64,000 nt of DNA from Nitrospirota bacterium (lineage in GTDB: Bacteria > Nitrospirota > UBA9217). Below the pieces are notes generated by a model. That model did no database searches and was not told the origin of the DNA. It worked only from the letters and a program-made list of their open reading frames with translations. How positions within the stretch are numbered: the first letter of the stretch is position 1; the number at the start of each line of letters is the position of its first letter. The stretch covers positions 96,001 through 160,000 of the forward strand of contig CAVWHO010000014.1 in NCBI GenBank assembly GCA_963754875.1, written 5' to 3'. Of the stretch, positions 48,284-58,924 are shown one piece after another. Position numbers and translations under genes: made by a program.

Positions 48284-49159
48284 ATGAAATACGTAATCAT
48301 CACTCCAGCGCATAACGAGGAGAAGTTCATCGAGAAGACGATTTCTTCGGTGATAGCCCAGAAGGCTCGCCCTTTGAAATGGGTTATTGTAAATGATGGC
48401 TCGACTGATCGCACGAGAGAAATAATTAAAAAGTATCTGTCTCAAAATGATTTTATAGAGCTTATAAACGTGGAACGTGGCACGGAACGCAGTTTCGGGA
48501 ACAAAGCCAAGGCGTTCAACCTGGGCGTGCAATATTTGAGGGGGGTGGATTACGAGTTCATCGGCAATCTTGATGCAGATATAATCCTGCAACCGGACTA
48601 TTACTCGAATATACTTCATATGTTTGCTGGGGACGGGAAGCTCGGCATATGTGGAGGAATCATTTACACAACAGTTGGCAACACGTGGATGACGACGGAC
48701 TGGACACTTGACAGTGTTGCGGGAGCGGTACAATTGTTCCGGTGTGAATGTTTTACCGACATAGGTGAGGGTTATGCACCGTTACCCTATGGAGGCATTG
48801 ACGCAGCAGCGGAAATTACAGCCAAAATGAAAGGTTGGGAAGTACGGAAATCCCTGGTGAATAAGGCTTATGAACAAAGGCAGACAGGCACAGCAACTAG
48901 CGGTCCCTTGGCCGCGTGCTATCGGCTAGGATGGCGGCTGCACTCACTCGGTTACGGACTGGTTTTTTTCGGCCTGCGCTGTCTCTACAGGATTGGTGAT
49001 CCTCCTGCGGTTTTGGGCAGTTGCACGACGTTTTTGGGGTTCGTCGTTTCGATGATTAAGCGTCGGCCAGTGCTGTTGCCGGATACGGTCGTGGAGCACT
49101 TGAGGCGGGAACAGCGACACCGTCTCTACCGGATGTTTTTTCCCTGGATGACCAGCTAG
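48284..49159 (+). CDS. GT2 glycosyltransferase
   Basis: IITPAHNEE, VNDGSTD, LDAD. Confidence 0.93.
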   Translation: MKYVIITPAHNEEKFIEKTISSVIAQKARPLKWVIVNDGSTDRTREIIKKYLSQNDFIELINVERGTERSFGNKAKAFNLGVQYLRGVDYEFIGNLDADIILQPDYYSNILHMFAGDGKLGICGGIIYTTVGNTWMTTDWTLDSVAGAVQLFRCECFTDIGEGYAPLPYGGIDAAAEITAKMKGWEVRKSLVNKAYEQRQTGTATSGPLAACYRLGWRLHSLGYGLVFFGLRCLYRIGDPPAVLGSCTTFLGFVVSMIKRRPVLLPDTVVEHLRREQRHRLYRMFFPWMTS

Positions 49160-49185
49160 GCCAGATCTCAATAAAGGAGCCAGTT

Positions 49186-49959
49186 ATAATAATTTCTCAA
49201 CACTACTTTACCTTTCTGTTTCATCTGCCACGGATTTTTTCTCAAATCCGCAACTGGCCATTGTACCTGTTTAATTACCTACTACGTCGGGAGAGGCTGG
49301 CAGAGTATAAGCTACGGAACGGTTTTAGGTTAATTGATGGCCGTGGAACATTGGCTGGAACCATAGCTGTCATTTTTGTCCGCCGAGAGTATGGGCCGAT
49401 GCAAAACTATCGGACGATTGTAGATATCGGTGCGAATATGGGGGGGTTTGCCGTTTACGCGGCACTAACATGTCCGAACTCGAAAATTTATTGCTTCGAG
49501 CCGGAAGAGCAAAACTTCGGGGTTCTAATGAAGAATATAGCCATCAATTCACTAGAAGAGCGGGTTCTCGCATTTCAATGTGCTGTTGCCTCCAGCAGCG
49601 GGTCCCGAGCGATGGCAATCGGGCCATCGCCGCTGAATTCGCTAGTGGCGAAAGACGAATGCGTGAGGCTCCAGACGGTCTGTTGTACAACGCTGCGTGA
49701 AATTCTTAAGCAACAAGAGTTGGAAACCATAGATCTCTTAAAGATGAATTGTGAAGGGGCAGAATATGAGATTCTTGCGGGTTGCACGCACGCCGATTTT
49801 GAGCGGATGCCGCGCATCCGGCTGGAGTATCACAACCTTGGCTCGACGACGCATAACGGAAAGTGGCTTGCCAAGTATCTGAAGAGCCAAGGTTATCAGA
49901 TTGAGCATTTCTCACGCTACCGGGGTGAATCCGGTTTTATCTGGGCGATGCTAAAATAA
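49186..49959 (+). CDS. FkbM family methyltransferase (start possibly ATA 49186; ORF track gives TTG 49261)
   Basis: VDIGANMG, FEP, KMNCEGAE. Confidence 0.85.
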   Translation: MIISQHYFTFLFHLPRIFSQIRNWPLYLFNYLLRRERLAEYKLRNGFRLIDGRGTLAGTIAVIFVRREYGPMQNYRTIVDIGANMGGFAVYAALTCPNSKIYCFEPEEQNFGVLMKNIAINSLEERVLAFQCAVASSSGSRAMAIGPSPLNSLVAKDECVRLQTVCCTTLREILKQQELETIDLLKMNCEGAEYEILAGCTHADFERMPRIRLEYHNLGSTTHNGKWLAKYLKSQGYQIEHFSRYRGESGFIWAMLK

Positions 49960-50032
49960 GTGCTACCGGTGCGAACGGTTTGAATGGCCAAAATTCAATA
50001 CCAGGGAATCAATTAAAACAGGAAATGTTCAG

Positions 50033-50992
50033 ATGGATTTATCTATCATTATCGTCAATTGGAACTCCAAGGACTATCTTCTTAAATCGCTCGCCTCGAT
50101 CGTGACTGCAACCCAAGACATTGAGTTCGAAATTGTGGTGATCGATGCCGCATCTTACGATGGCTGCGACGAGATGCTACGAAAGATCTACCCTTACGTC
50201 CGATTCATACAGGGTGTCAAAAACTTCGGTTTTGCGAAGGCCAACAATGAGGCATGCAGTGCGGCACGGGGAAGTACGCTCCTCTTTCTCAACCCCGATA
50301 CAGAAATCGAAGGCGCCGCCATAGAAACCTTATATCATCAACTGAACGCGTTACCCAATGCCGGAATTGTTGGCCCCAAACTTCTTAACAGCGACAGGTC
50401 GGTACAGCAAAGTTGTGTCCGCGCTTTTCCTACTATCCTCAATCAAGTGCTCGAGTCCGATGTGCTGCGCAAACTTTTTCCGAGGGCTCGATTATGGGGG
50501 ATGAGACCCCTTTTGACAGGAAACGAGGTTGCGAAGGAAGCGGACGCAGTTTCAGGAGCGTGCCTTATGGTAAAAAGGTCGGTGTTTGAGAGTGTTGGGA
50601 TGTTCAGCACTGATTACTTCATGTATTCGGAGGATATTGATCTCTGCCTCAAAGTACGGAAGTCCGGGTTGAATACATATTATATTCCGATGGCCGTCGT
50701 CGTCCACCATGGTGGCGCAAGCAGCGCGCAGATGAGTGCAGACACCTTTTCCTCCATTATGATGTTGGAATCCCGATCGCGCTTTTTCCGAAAAACACGA
50801 TCGTTGTGTTATTCTGGGCTTTACCGCATCGCAATGTTCGGTATAAGCATTGTTCGGGTCGGGCTGCTGCTGTTCGTGTGGCTCGTTTTCGGACTGTGTG
50901 GAAGAGTATCTTTGGTCGAACCTATGCTGAAAAAATGGTTGGCAAGATTGCGCTGGACACTTGGGGGTGAAAGATGGGTCAAAAATTACTAA
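50033..50992 (+). CDS. GT2 glycosyltransferase
   Basis: IIIVNWN, GFAKANN, FLNPD, GACLM, YSEDID. Confidence 0.93.
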   Translation: MDLSIIIVNWNSKDYLLKSLASIVTATQDIEFEIVVIDAASYDGCDEMLRKIYPYVRFIQGVKNFGFAKANNEACSAARGSTLLFLNPDTEIEGAAIETLYHQLNALPNAGIVGPKLLNSDRSVQQSCVRAFPTILNQVLESDVLRKLFPRARLWGMRPLLTGNEVAKEADAVSGACLMVKRSVFESVGMFSTDYFMYSEDIDLCLKVRKSGLNTYYIPMAVVVHHGGASSAQMSADTFSSIMMLESRSRFFRKTRSLCYSGLYRIAMFGISIVRVGLLLFVWLVFGLCGRVSLVEPMLKKWLARLRWTLGGERWVKNY

Positions 50993-51282
50993 CACCTACA
51001 TGTGGCCGCTCATTTAATGACGATGGGCTTAATATTGACAGTCACAACATCTTTGATAGGAGCTTTTTCAAGCAACTCTGAGGATACCAAAAGCTCCGCC
51101 TAATTTCGTGGTGAGCCGCTGCGGTTCGACCATTCGTCAACAAAAAGGAGTAATCGTATTGGACGGCAATCTTCGACTTAAGAAAATCTATCTACAGTTG
51201 TACCGGACGGCGAAAGTGTATGGTCTCTTTGAGACGTCCCGGCTGGCGGTTGGATTCCAAATTTAACATTGTAGTCCCGAAT

Positions 51283-52455
51283 ATGAAATTCAGAATAATT
51301 AAAACATTACAAGAGCTGGAAGCTGTGCAGACCTATTGGGAGAGATGGCAATATCATCCTAACAATGATTTTGCTCAGTTCAAGATGGTTTGCCAACTTC
51401 GTCCAGAGGTCGAATGTCCATATGTTACAGTTATAGAACACAATGGTCAACCACATGCGTTGCTGGCTGGGCGCTTGGAACGGACTCAATTTGCACCGTC
51501 AATTGGCTATTTAAAACCGGTGAGGATACCAGTTAAAGTACTGACAGTCCTTCATAATGGTCTACTTGGCCAAATAGATGAAGAGACGGCTAAGAATTGT
51601 GTCCATTATCTTTGGTCTCTGCTCGGCTCTGGTGCGGCTGATGCAATTGAATTTCATTCTCTCCATGAAAACTCGACCCTGCTGCGGGCATTACGACTTT
51701 ATATGTCGGGATGGTTTTGTGAAAAGAAGCCTAGGTGGTCTATTCATTGGGAGATGGCCCTTCCAGCAGAAAAGCAATTCATAAAGAAAAAATTTAGCTC
51801 TAAGCACCGCACCGCTATTCGGAAAAAACAGCGAGAACTGGAGTCAGCCTTTCCAGGCAAGGTTTCGTGGCGCTGGATGAGCCGATTTGATAATGTACCT
51901 GGGCTTTGTGCTCGACTTGAGGAAGCGGCAGCGCGCACCTATCAACGGGGATTGAGATCCGGCTTTATGAACAATGAGGAGTATCGCCAACGTTTTGCTC
52001 TGTTTGGTCGGCGGGGGCAGTTACGCGTGCAGTTGCTGGAGATTGATGGGGGGGTTCGGGCTTTCTGGTTTGGGACTGTTTACCAGGGCATTTTCCATGC
52101 GGCGGATACCGGTTATGATCCAGATCTGAGAAAGTACCGTGCCGGGACCCTGTGCTTTATGCAAATGAGTGATGAGTTAGTGAGAGAGGGTGTACGAAAA
52201 CTGGATTTCGGAATAGGGGATGCTCTTTACAAACAACGGTTCGGAGACCAGTTCTGGCGTGAGTCGACAGTCTGGCTGTTTGCTCCCACCATGAAAGGGA
52301 TAGTTCTCCGGACGATTTTAAGATTGTCAATCATGCTGGACAGTGCCGCCCGACGAATACTTCACCGGGTGAGATTGGTGGACAGACTGAAAACCATTTG
52401 GCGGCGGAGTTTGTTAAAAAGTGAAATCGAAGCTGACAAAACTGAAAATATATGA
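51283..52455 (+). CDS. CelD/BcsL-like GNAT acetyltransferase
   Basis: TGYDP..YRAGTL, LDFGIGD..YKQRF. Confidence 0.85.
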   Translation: MKFRIIKTLQELEAVQTYWERWQYHPNNDFAQFKMVCQLRPEVECPYVTVIEHNGQPHALLAGRLERTQFAPSIGYLKPVRIPVKVLTVLHNGLLGQIDEETAKNCVHYLWSLLGSGAADAIEFHSLHENSTLLRALRLYMSGWFCEKKPRWSIHWEMALPAEKQFIKKKFSSKHRTAIRKKQRELESAFPGKVSWRWMSRFDNVPGLCARLEEAAARTYQRGLRSGFMNNEEYRQRFALFGRRGQLRVQLLEIDGGVRAFWFGTVYQGIFHAADTGYDPDLRKYRAGTLCFMQMSDELVREGVRKLDFGIGDALYKQRFGDQFWRESTVWLFAPTMKGIVLRTILRLSIMLDSAARRILHRVRLVDRLKTIWRRSLLKSEIEADKTENI

Positions 52456-52654
52456 AGGATACTTTATATGATCCTAACTTTCCAGGCAGAAGGTTGGTGC
52501 AGACTAAGACAAAAAAGTACCGGAAATGCGATAACAAACTTTGCCATTTGTGTGATTGGCATCACAGATGAATAGTGACGGATATTATATTATATTTTAA
52601 TTTGCGAGGAATGCTGTCAAGTTCCAGATTACCATGTGCTAAGGAGGATTAGTC

Positions 52655-54019
52655 ATGAATCAATGCTCTAAGACGCAGGGATGCGCATTGCGTTTGAAAA
52701 AACCGACCAACTACTCATCAATGCTAACAAAAGTATTATTGTTTGTGACTCTTCTTATGGCGATACTTTTTCTCAACACAATAAGTGCCGAGGCCGCATC
52801 GATTTATTGCGTCCGGGCAAACGCTACAGGGGCAAATGATGGTTCCGATTGGAACAATGCCTATACTGCGCTGCCGGCAACGCTTGTGCGGGGCGCAATC
52901 TACTACATCGCAAATGGTAATTATAGTGGATATACTTTTAATACAGCGACTTCTGGATCTACGTATATTACCATCAAAAAAGCAACTGTCTCGGATCATG
53001 GAACCGATACTGGATGGGACAATACCTATGGGGGAGGTCAGGTTCTTTTTTCAGGGACTAACTACGTAAATTTCACTTCTTCGTATTGGATTTTTGATGG
53101 AGGAACTGGCTCTGGAAGTAATGCTTCTTCTTACGGTTTTTATTTTACTCCATCTGCGTCTGGAAGTTCAATAAGACCCGTCCAGGTCGGCGGATTAAGC
53201 GATGGAGTAAGTAATATACAATTAAGCCATATAGGTATAGACTGTCCTGGGCCCAATGGTGATATTCAGCAATTCGGTTTTTCTGGCTACGGAAATAGTG
53301 TAACTGTATCTAATAGTTATGTGAATAACTGTCAAGTAAGTGTGTGGTCACAAGGCAATGATTGGACAGTTCAGAATAGTTATTTTGGTGATTATTGGTC
53401 ATCAACTAGCAATCACGGGGTGCATATTGAAGGAATATTGCGATTTATATTTAGAAATAATATTGTTACGTCATGTCCTATTCAGTGTATCGAGCCTGGT
53501 GGTGGTGCAACTACATTTATGGCTGATAGTCAAATCTATAACAATGTGTTCGTAAATGTTTCGGGGACAAACGGAGTTTTGAAAGGGACTTCATCTGGTG
53601 GGTTTACAAATACTTTGGTTTATGGGAACACGGTCATTAACAGTAACGGGCCTCTTTTATATCAAAACAATGCAGGTGGAGGATACAGTTCGGGAAATGT
53701 GGTTATCAATAACCTACTATACAATTGCGCCTCTCTTATAAATGAAGCAGGTGCAGGGCCAATCGCGCACTCAAATAATGCTCTTTTTGATTCTGGAACC
53801 ATTTCTGAAACTGGCGTTCAAATTGGTACAGGCGATCCATTTGTTGACTACGTTCATGGTAATTACTTTTTGAAGGCTGATACTAATAATGGACAAATAC
53901 TTCCTGCCCCATACAATACAGACATAAATGGAAAAGTACGGGGTTCTGATGGTGTATGGGACAGGGGAGCTGTGCAAATTATCCGTCCGAAACCGCCCCT
54001 AAATCTCAGTATACACTAA
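52655..54019 (+). CDS. Secreted parallel beta-helix (pectin-lyase-like) protein
   Basis: Signal peptide ending AEA; GANDGSDWNNAY; Asn/Ser-rich IYNNVF/VINN repeats; DINGKVR..WDRGA. Confidence 0.75.
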   Translation: MNQCSKTQGCALRLKKPTNYSSMLTKVLLFVTLLMAILFLNTISAEAASIYCVRANATGANDGSDWNNAYTALPATLVRGAIYYIANGNYSGYTFNTATSGSTYITIKKATVSDHGTDTGWDNTYGGGQVLFSGTNYVNFTSSYWIFDGGTGSGSNASSYGFYFTPSASGSSIRPVQVGGLSDGVSNIQLSHIGIDCPGPNGDIQQFGFSGYGNSVTVSNSYVNNCQVSVWSQGNDWTVQNSYFGDYWSSTSNHGVHIEGILRFIFRNNIVTSCPIQCIEPGGGATTFMADSQIYNNVFVNVSGTNGVLKGTSSGGFTNTLVYGNTVINSNGPLLYQNNAGGGYSSGNVVINNLLYNCASLINEAGAGPIAHSNNALFDSGTISETGVQIGTGDPFVDYVHGNYFLKADTNNGQILPAPYNTDINGKVRGSDGVWDRGAVQIIRPKPPLNLSIH

Positions 54020-54217
54020 CAAATTTTCAATTACCAAATATTGAGCGGCTGGTTGAAAACCACCTTGTTCCTGTTTCTACGAACTAACTTAAGCTTTAAG
54101 TCATCAGAATTATAGCGTCCGCTTTATTAAACAATCGTAAATGAGCAAAAATCGCTCCCTCCAATAGGTTCTGCCAACCAATTCAGTCAGTCCGCAAGCT
54201 TTGCAAGTTTCGTTTAT

Positions 54218-54358
54218 AAAAGCGTCCTGAAATACCCAGCAGCTCTGCTGCTGGGATGAAAAGGACATCCTGACGTAGTCAGGATTAGCCTCTTGTTTCG
54301 ATGTATCTTTAGGTTCCAAGGCCAGATGCCCCGCAGCTCTGCTGCGGGGTACTTTCAC
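54218..54358 (+). mobile_element. Non-autonomous IS200/IS605-type miniature element (PATE-like)
   Basis: Two related hairpins cccagcagc-tct-gctgctggg and ccccgcagc-tct-gctgcgggg; preceded by TTTAT; ends TTCAC; no ORF. Confidence 0.7.
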
Positions 54359-54363
54359 TTTTA

Positions 54364-55659
54364 ATGAACTTTAATGGTATTGCAATTGTTTTCGTATTGG
54401 TAAACGCGGTTGCGTTGTTAACGCTCCCGCGGAGGTGGGCCCCTCTGCCCCTATTGGTCGGAGCTTGTTACATGACACTCGATCAGCAGATAGAGATAGG
54501 GCCATTGCATTTTACTGTCATCCGAATATTGTTAGCCATTGGACTCGTGCGAGTGATCATACGAGGCGAGCGCTTATCGGGCCGGATGAACAGCCTCGAC
54601 TGGCTGATAGTGGTCTGGGCTGCCTGGGCACTGGTTAGCAGTCTCTTTTACAGGGATATTTTGGGGACTTTAGTAAACCATCTCGGCCAAGTTTATAATG
54701 CATGCGGCACTTATTTTCTTCTTCGTGTTTTCTGTCTGTCCCTCGACGATGTGGCGCGGCTATGTCGCATTACGGCGATACTTCTGGTTCCGGTGGCTGC
54801 TGAGATGCTCTATGAGAAGCTGACCCTGCATAATCTATTCTCTGCGCTGGGAGGTTTCACAGAGAGCCCGGAAATTCGCAATGGCTTAGTTCGCGCACAG
54901 GGTCCGTTTGCTCATTCTATTCTGGCCGGAACCGTCGGCGCCGTCTGTCTGCCTCTCATAGTTCCCCTATGGCGTGAGCACCGTAAAGAAACTGTGATCG
55001 GGATTGGTGCGTGTTTAGTGATGATCTTCACGTCTGGTTCCAGCGGGCCAATATTGAGCGCTATGGTGGCCATTGGAGCATTGTCTCTGTGGCATTGGCG
55101 CAACCAAATGCGGTTTGTCCGATGGCTAGCAGTACTGGGTTATCTCGGACTGGTTCTGGTTATGAAAGCGCCAGCGTATTATATTATATCGCACATCGAT
55201 CTGACGGGCAGCAGCACTGGTTGGTATCGGGCAAGGCTTATCGAATCTGCCATTGAGCATTTGCCTGAATGGTGGCTGAGCGGAACGGATTATACCCGCA
55301 ACTGGATGCCGACAGGAGTTCCCTGGAGCGCAAATCACGCTGACATCACGAATTATTACTTAAGCATGGGAGTATTAGGAGGTTTGCCTTTAATGGTGCT
55401 CTTCATCGCCATCCTATCCAAGGGGTTTTCCTATGTTGGGCAGGCGCTCCATGACATGCCTGAGTTGTCACCGCAGACTCAGTTTATGATCTGGGCGCTT
55501 GGAGCATCGCTTTTTGTACACGCCGCCACTTTCATATCCGTATCCTACTTCGACCAGTCGTTTGTGTTTATTTACGTGACGCTTGCTGCTATCGGATCCG
55601 TATGGTCGTTGGAAGATGATTGTGCATGGCCAATGAACTACTTTGAAGAAATTGAATAG
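54364..55659 (+). CDS. Wzy polymerase / O-antigen ligase-like membrane protein
   Basis: Multi-TM; RAQGPFAHSILAG; DITNYYL..GG. Confidence 0.8.
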   Translation: MNFNGIAIVFVLVNAVALLTLPRRWAPLPLLVGACYMTLDQQIEIGPLHFTVIRILLAIGLVRVIIRGERLSGRMNSLDWLIVVWAAWALVSSLFYRDILGTLVNHLGQVYNACGTYFLLRVFCLSLDDVARLCRITAILLVPVAAEMLYEKLTLHNLFSALGGFTESPEIRNGLVRAQGPFAHSILAGTVGAVCLPLIVPLWREHRKETVIGIGACLVMIFTSGSSGPILSAMVAIGALSLWHWRNQMRFVRWLAVLGYLGLVLVMKAPAYYIISHIDLTGSSTGWYRARLIESAIEHLPEWWLSGTDYTRNWMPTGVPWSANHADITNYYLSMGVLGGLPLMVLFIAILSKGFSYVGQALHDMPELSPQTQFMIWALGASLFVHAATFISVSYFDQSFVFIYVTLAAIGSVWSLEDDCAWPMNYFEEIE

Positions 55660-55800
55660 ATGGCCAATGACATACTGCCACTAAAGTCATGAAGTACTGT
55701 CAGATAATATATCTCCGTGATTGATCTAAGCGAACTCGGATCGGTACATATCAGTGGTTAAATTATGTAGTCAATTAGTTAAGATTGGATTTACATCAAA

Positions 55801-56454
55801 ATGAAAAATAAAATATGGACAAAAAAAAACGCTACATATTATAATTCTGAAAAAACAAACATACACCCACTAATACCAGAAGGACCAAACAATATCCTTG
55901 ATTTAGGGTGTGCAACAGGACAGCTAGGACGAAAGCTTAAGGAGCTTAACAAAGCGTCAATTTTAATTGGAGTTGAAATGTTTCCACAGGCAGCTGAAGA
56001 AGCAAGAAAATATTATGACAAGGTGTATTGTGATGACGTTGAAATTATAAATTTACCTTATCATAGTTACTTTGATGTTGTTATCTGCGGTGATATTCTT
56101 GAACATCTTCGAGATCCATGGGACATGGCTGAAAGAATTCACGGTTGGCTAAAGTGTAGCGGAATTCTGATTTCTTCAATTCCTAACATACGTTATTGGC
56201 GAATACTAAGAGATATAATTCTGTATGGGAGCTGGGAATATACTGAAGCTGGAATTCTTGATAGCACACATCTTCGATTTTTCACAAGGCGTAGTTTTAT
56301 AAGTTTATTACGAGATGCAAATTTTGAAATATTAAAGCAGGAAATGGTCATTAACGGACCAAAGCAAAATTTATTTAATAAAATGTCATTTTCAATATTT
56401 GAAGAATTTATGGGGGCACAGTTTATCATATTGGCAAAGAAAGCTGATTTATAG
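55801..56454 (+). CDS. Class I SAM-dependent methyltransferase
   Basis: LDLGCATG, DILEHLRDP, GILDSTHLRFFT. Confidence 0.9.
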   Translation: MKNKIWTKKNATYYNSEKTNIHPLIPEGPNNILDLGCATGQLGRKLKELNKASILIGVEMFPQAAEEARKYYDKVYCDDVEIINLPYHSYFDVVICGDILEHLRDPWDMAERIHGWLKCSGILISSIPNIRYWRILRDIILYGSWEYTEAGILDSTHLRFFTRRSFISLLRDANFEILKQEMVINGPKQNLFNKMSFSIFEEFMGAQFIILAKKADL

Positions 56455-56495
56455 TAAAATTCATTAAAAATTCAAAATTTACAAATTCCAATAAG

Positions 56496-57104
56496 ATGAA
56501 TCACAATATTATAGAGCACATGATAAGGTTGTATTTAAACATAAAATCTAGAGTCTACACAACTCTCCTCTCCAGGTTTTTTTACGAGATTGGTCGTGGG
56601 AGTACAATAGTTTCTCCTCTTAGGTTTGGTAACCTTGCAGAAGTACAATTAGGAAAGAATGTTGTTATTCATGGGAATAGCTGGATTCAGGTATTGCAAG
56701 GTACCTTTCCTGATATTTCTCCCAAGCTCATCATTAAGGACAATGCTGCCATCGGGATGAACGCAACAATTTCAGCAGCTAAGAGAATCATTATAGAAGA
56801 ATATGTGTTTACAGCACGAAATGTTTATATTTCAGACCACAGTCATAATTTCTATGACATCGAAAAGCCCATATCGCTACAAGGCATTGATAAAATTGCC
56901 GAAGTTATTATTGGAGCTGAGACCTGGATCGGCCAGAACGCAGTAATATTGCCGGGAGTAACAATAGGAAAACATTGCGTCATTGGGGCGAATGCAGTTG
57001 TTACTAAAAGCATACCTGACTATTCAGTGGTAGTTGGCGCGCCTGCAAAAATAATTAAGACATATGATAAAAATAATAGAAAATGGGTCAGGAACGAAGA
57101 ATGA
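56496..57104 (+). CDS. Hexapeptide-repeat O-acyltransferase
   Basis: ISDHSH, WIGQNAVILPGVTIG, VVGAPAK. Confidence 0.9.
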   Translation: MNHNIIEHMIRLYLNIKSRVYTTLLSRFFYEIGRGSTIVSPLRFGNLAEVQLGKNVVIHGNSWIQVLQGTFPDISPKLIIKDNAAIGMNATISAAKRIIIEEYVFTARNVYISDHSHNFYDIEKPISLQGIDKIAEVIIGAETWIGQNAVILPGVTIGKHCVIGANAVVTKSIPDYSVVVGAPAKIIKTYDKNNRKWVRNEE

Positions 57105-58594
57105 ACGAGACATTAAGGGATATGATCTATTTTGCTATTGCTGGAATATTCGTAAAATTTTTAGGTGCATTTACATACTTTTTTGTAGCGAAGGTTCTGA
57201 CTCCGGCTGATTATGGGGTATGGATAACTTTGACGTTGATTGGGTCATATTCGACGATTCTATGTCTTGGAACAGTAGAAACGCTGGTTAAGCAATATCC
57301 TTATTATATTGGCAGAAACGAAATCGATAATGCAAATATGATCGAGGATAGCGTTTTAGGCTCTATTGCTATCTCTGCTGTGTCATTGATAATAATAGGA
57401 TTCACTTTTTTATTATTTACAAGTAACGATGAAATCTTGCGCTTGGCATCTTATATTCGTCTTGTTATTTTTACAGGTGCAGTAGCCTTTTTCTCAGCCT
57501 TTTACTATTATCGGTTTATTGCACACCAAAACTTCAAGATTGTTAGTTTTATTAATATGGCCAGAGGAACCCTTTCATTTATTTTGCTTGTTATATTTTC
57601 ATGGAAGTGGGGTTTGATTGGGGCAATAACGGGTTTCTTTTTAGGAGAACTGATCATTTCAGTCTTATCTTCCGTTCTCAGCCACAAGTATTACGGAAAG
57701 TCCAGATTCAATTTTAATTTAAAACTTATATGGAATCTAATCAAAATAGGATTTCCGATCACTATAATTTGGTGGGTTTTTACTTTGCAGTCTACGGTTG
57801 ATCGAGTTGTTTCTATGAGTATGTTAGGGAAGTCAGCCACAGGCTATTATGGTTTGGGTATGAGCATAGTGGCAACGCTTGTGCTGATTCCAGATGTGGT
57901 CGGCCAAGTTCTTTATCCAAAAATCAATGAGGGTGTGGGAAAGGCTATGGAACTCAAACAATTGTCATCACTAGTAATCATGCCTTCTCGTGCACTGAGC
58001 CTAGTTCTTCCCTTTTTTCTCGGTCTGGCAGTGTTGCTCTCCCCCATGGTATATAAAAATCTATTCCCAAAGTATTTACCGGGTTTGTTGTCAGCCCAAA
58101 TATTATTTTTAGGATGCTTTTTTGTTTGTTTGATAAGAAATGGAGTGAACTATTTAATTGCTATAAATAAACAGAATAGATTACTCATATATGCTGGGGT
58201 CAGCCTTGGTATAAAAATCGTCATAAGCATTATACTCGTACGTGCCAATTTCGGGATAGAGGGCATAGCTTCAAGCACTGTAATATCAAGTCTTATTTTA
58301 ACATCAATGATTTGGCTATCCGTCTTCAAAAATATGGGATATTCTCTATTTGATCAACTAAAAGAGATCATTGTTTTATATTCACCATTTGTGCTTTTAG
58401 TTCTGGTACTTGGTTCTTTGAGATTTACAACATCCAATTTATTTACTGATACGAGTATCGGTGCAGCATATAAATCGGTAATCTTTTTATTCTTATTTTT
58501 TGTTATCATATTTTATATGCCACCATTTAGTTTATGGGTGAAAGGCATCACACAAACGCTAAAAATTAAATTTGGAAAACAGGCAATGATTTGA
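57101..58594 (+). CDS. wzx: Wzx flippase
   Basis: Many TM segments; LTPADYG, DRV..G..GYY, LYPKI. Confidence 0.85.
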   Translation: MNETLRDMIYFAIAGIFVKFLGAFTYFFVAKVLTPADYGVWITLTLIGSYSTILCLGTVETLVKQYPYYIGRNEIDNANMIEDSVLGSIAISAVSLIIIGFTFLLFTSNDEILRLASYIRLVIFTGAVAFFSAFYYYRFIAHQNFKIVSFINMARGTLSFILLVIFSWKWGLIGAITGFFLGELIISVLSSVLSHKYYGKSRFNFNLKLIWNLIKIGFPITIIWWVFTLQSTVDRVVSMSMLGKSATGYYGLGMSIVATLVLIPDVVGQVLYPKINEGVGKAMELKQLSSLVIMPSRALSLVLPFFLGLAVLLSPMVYKNLFPKYLPGLLSAQILFLGCFFVCLIRNGVNYLIAINKQNRLLIYAGVSLGIKIVISIILVRANFGIEGIASSTVISSLILTSMIWLSVFKNMGYSLFDQLKEIIVLYSPFVLLVLVLGSLRFTTSNLFTDTSIGAAYKSVIFLFLFFVIIFYMPPFSLWVKGITQTLKIKFGKQAMI

Positions 58595-58924
58595 TGAATG
58601 ATGAAACAAGTCTTTCTTCTCGGATGCTGAGCCAATCAGATCCTTTGCTGGTTGTCATTAATGTTCTAACATCCATCATGTAAATCCAGTTGGTTATCAT
58701 CACTAGACGTAGTCTCGTGATAGTCGATGTACGAAGAGTTCAAACGAGTATTCTCTCCACTGCGGGCCTCCAGGAGGATCAAGCAGAGAAGCTATTATGA
58801 GCTAAGGGAACTTTTTTTAAATAAAAAACTCCTCTCGTAGCAAGACCATATAACTATACGCAAAATATTTCTTCTGTCCTGAAAAAAGTAATCAAAAAAT
58901 AGCACCTTTAACCGAAGCCTAATT

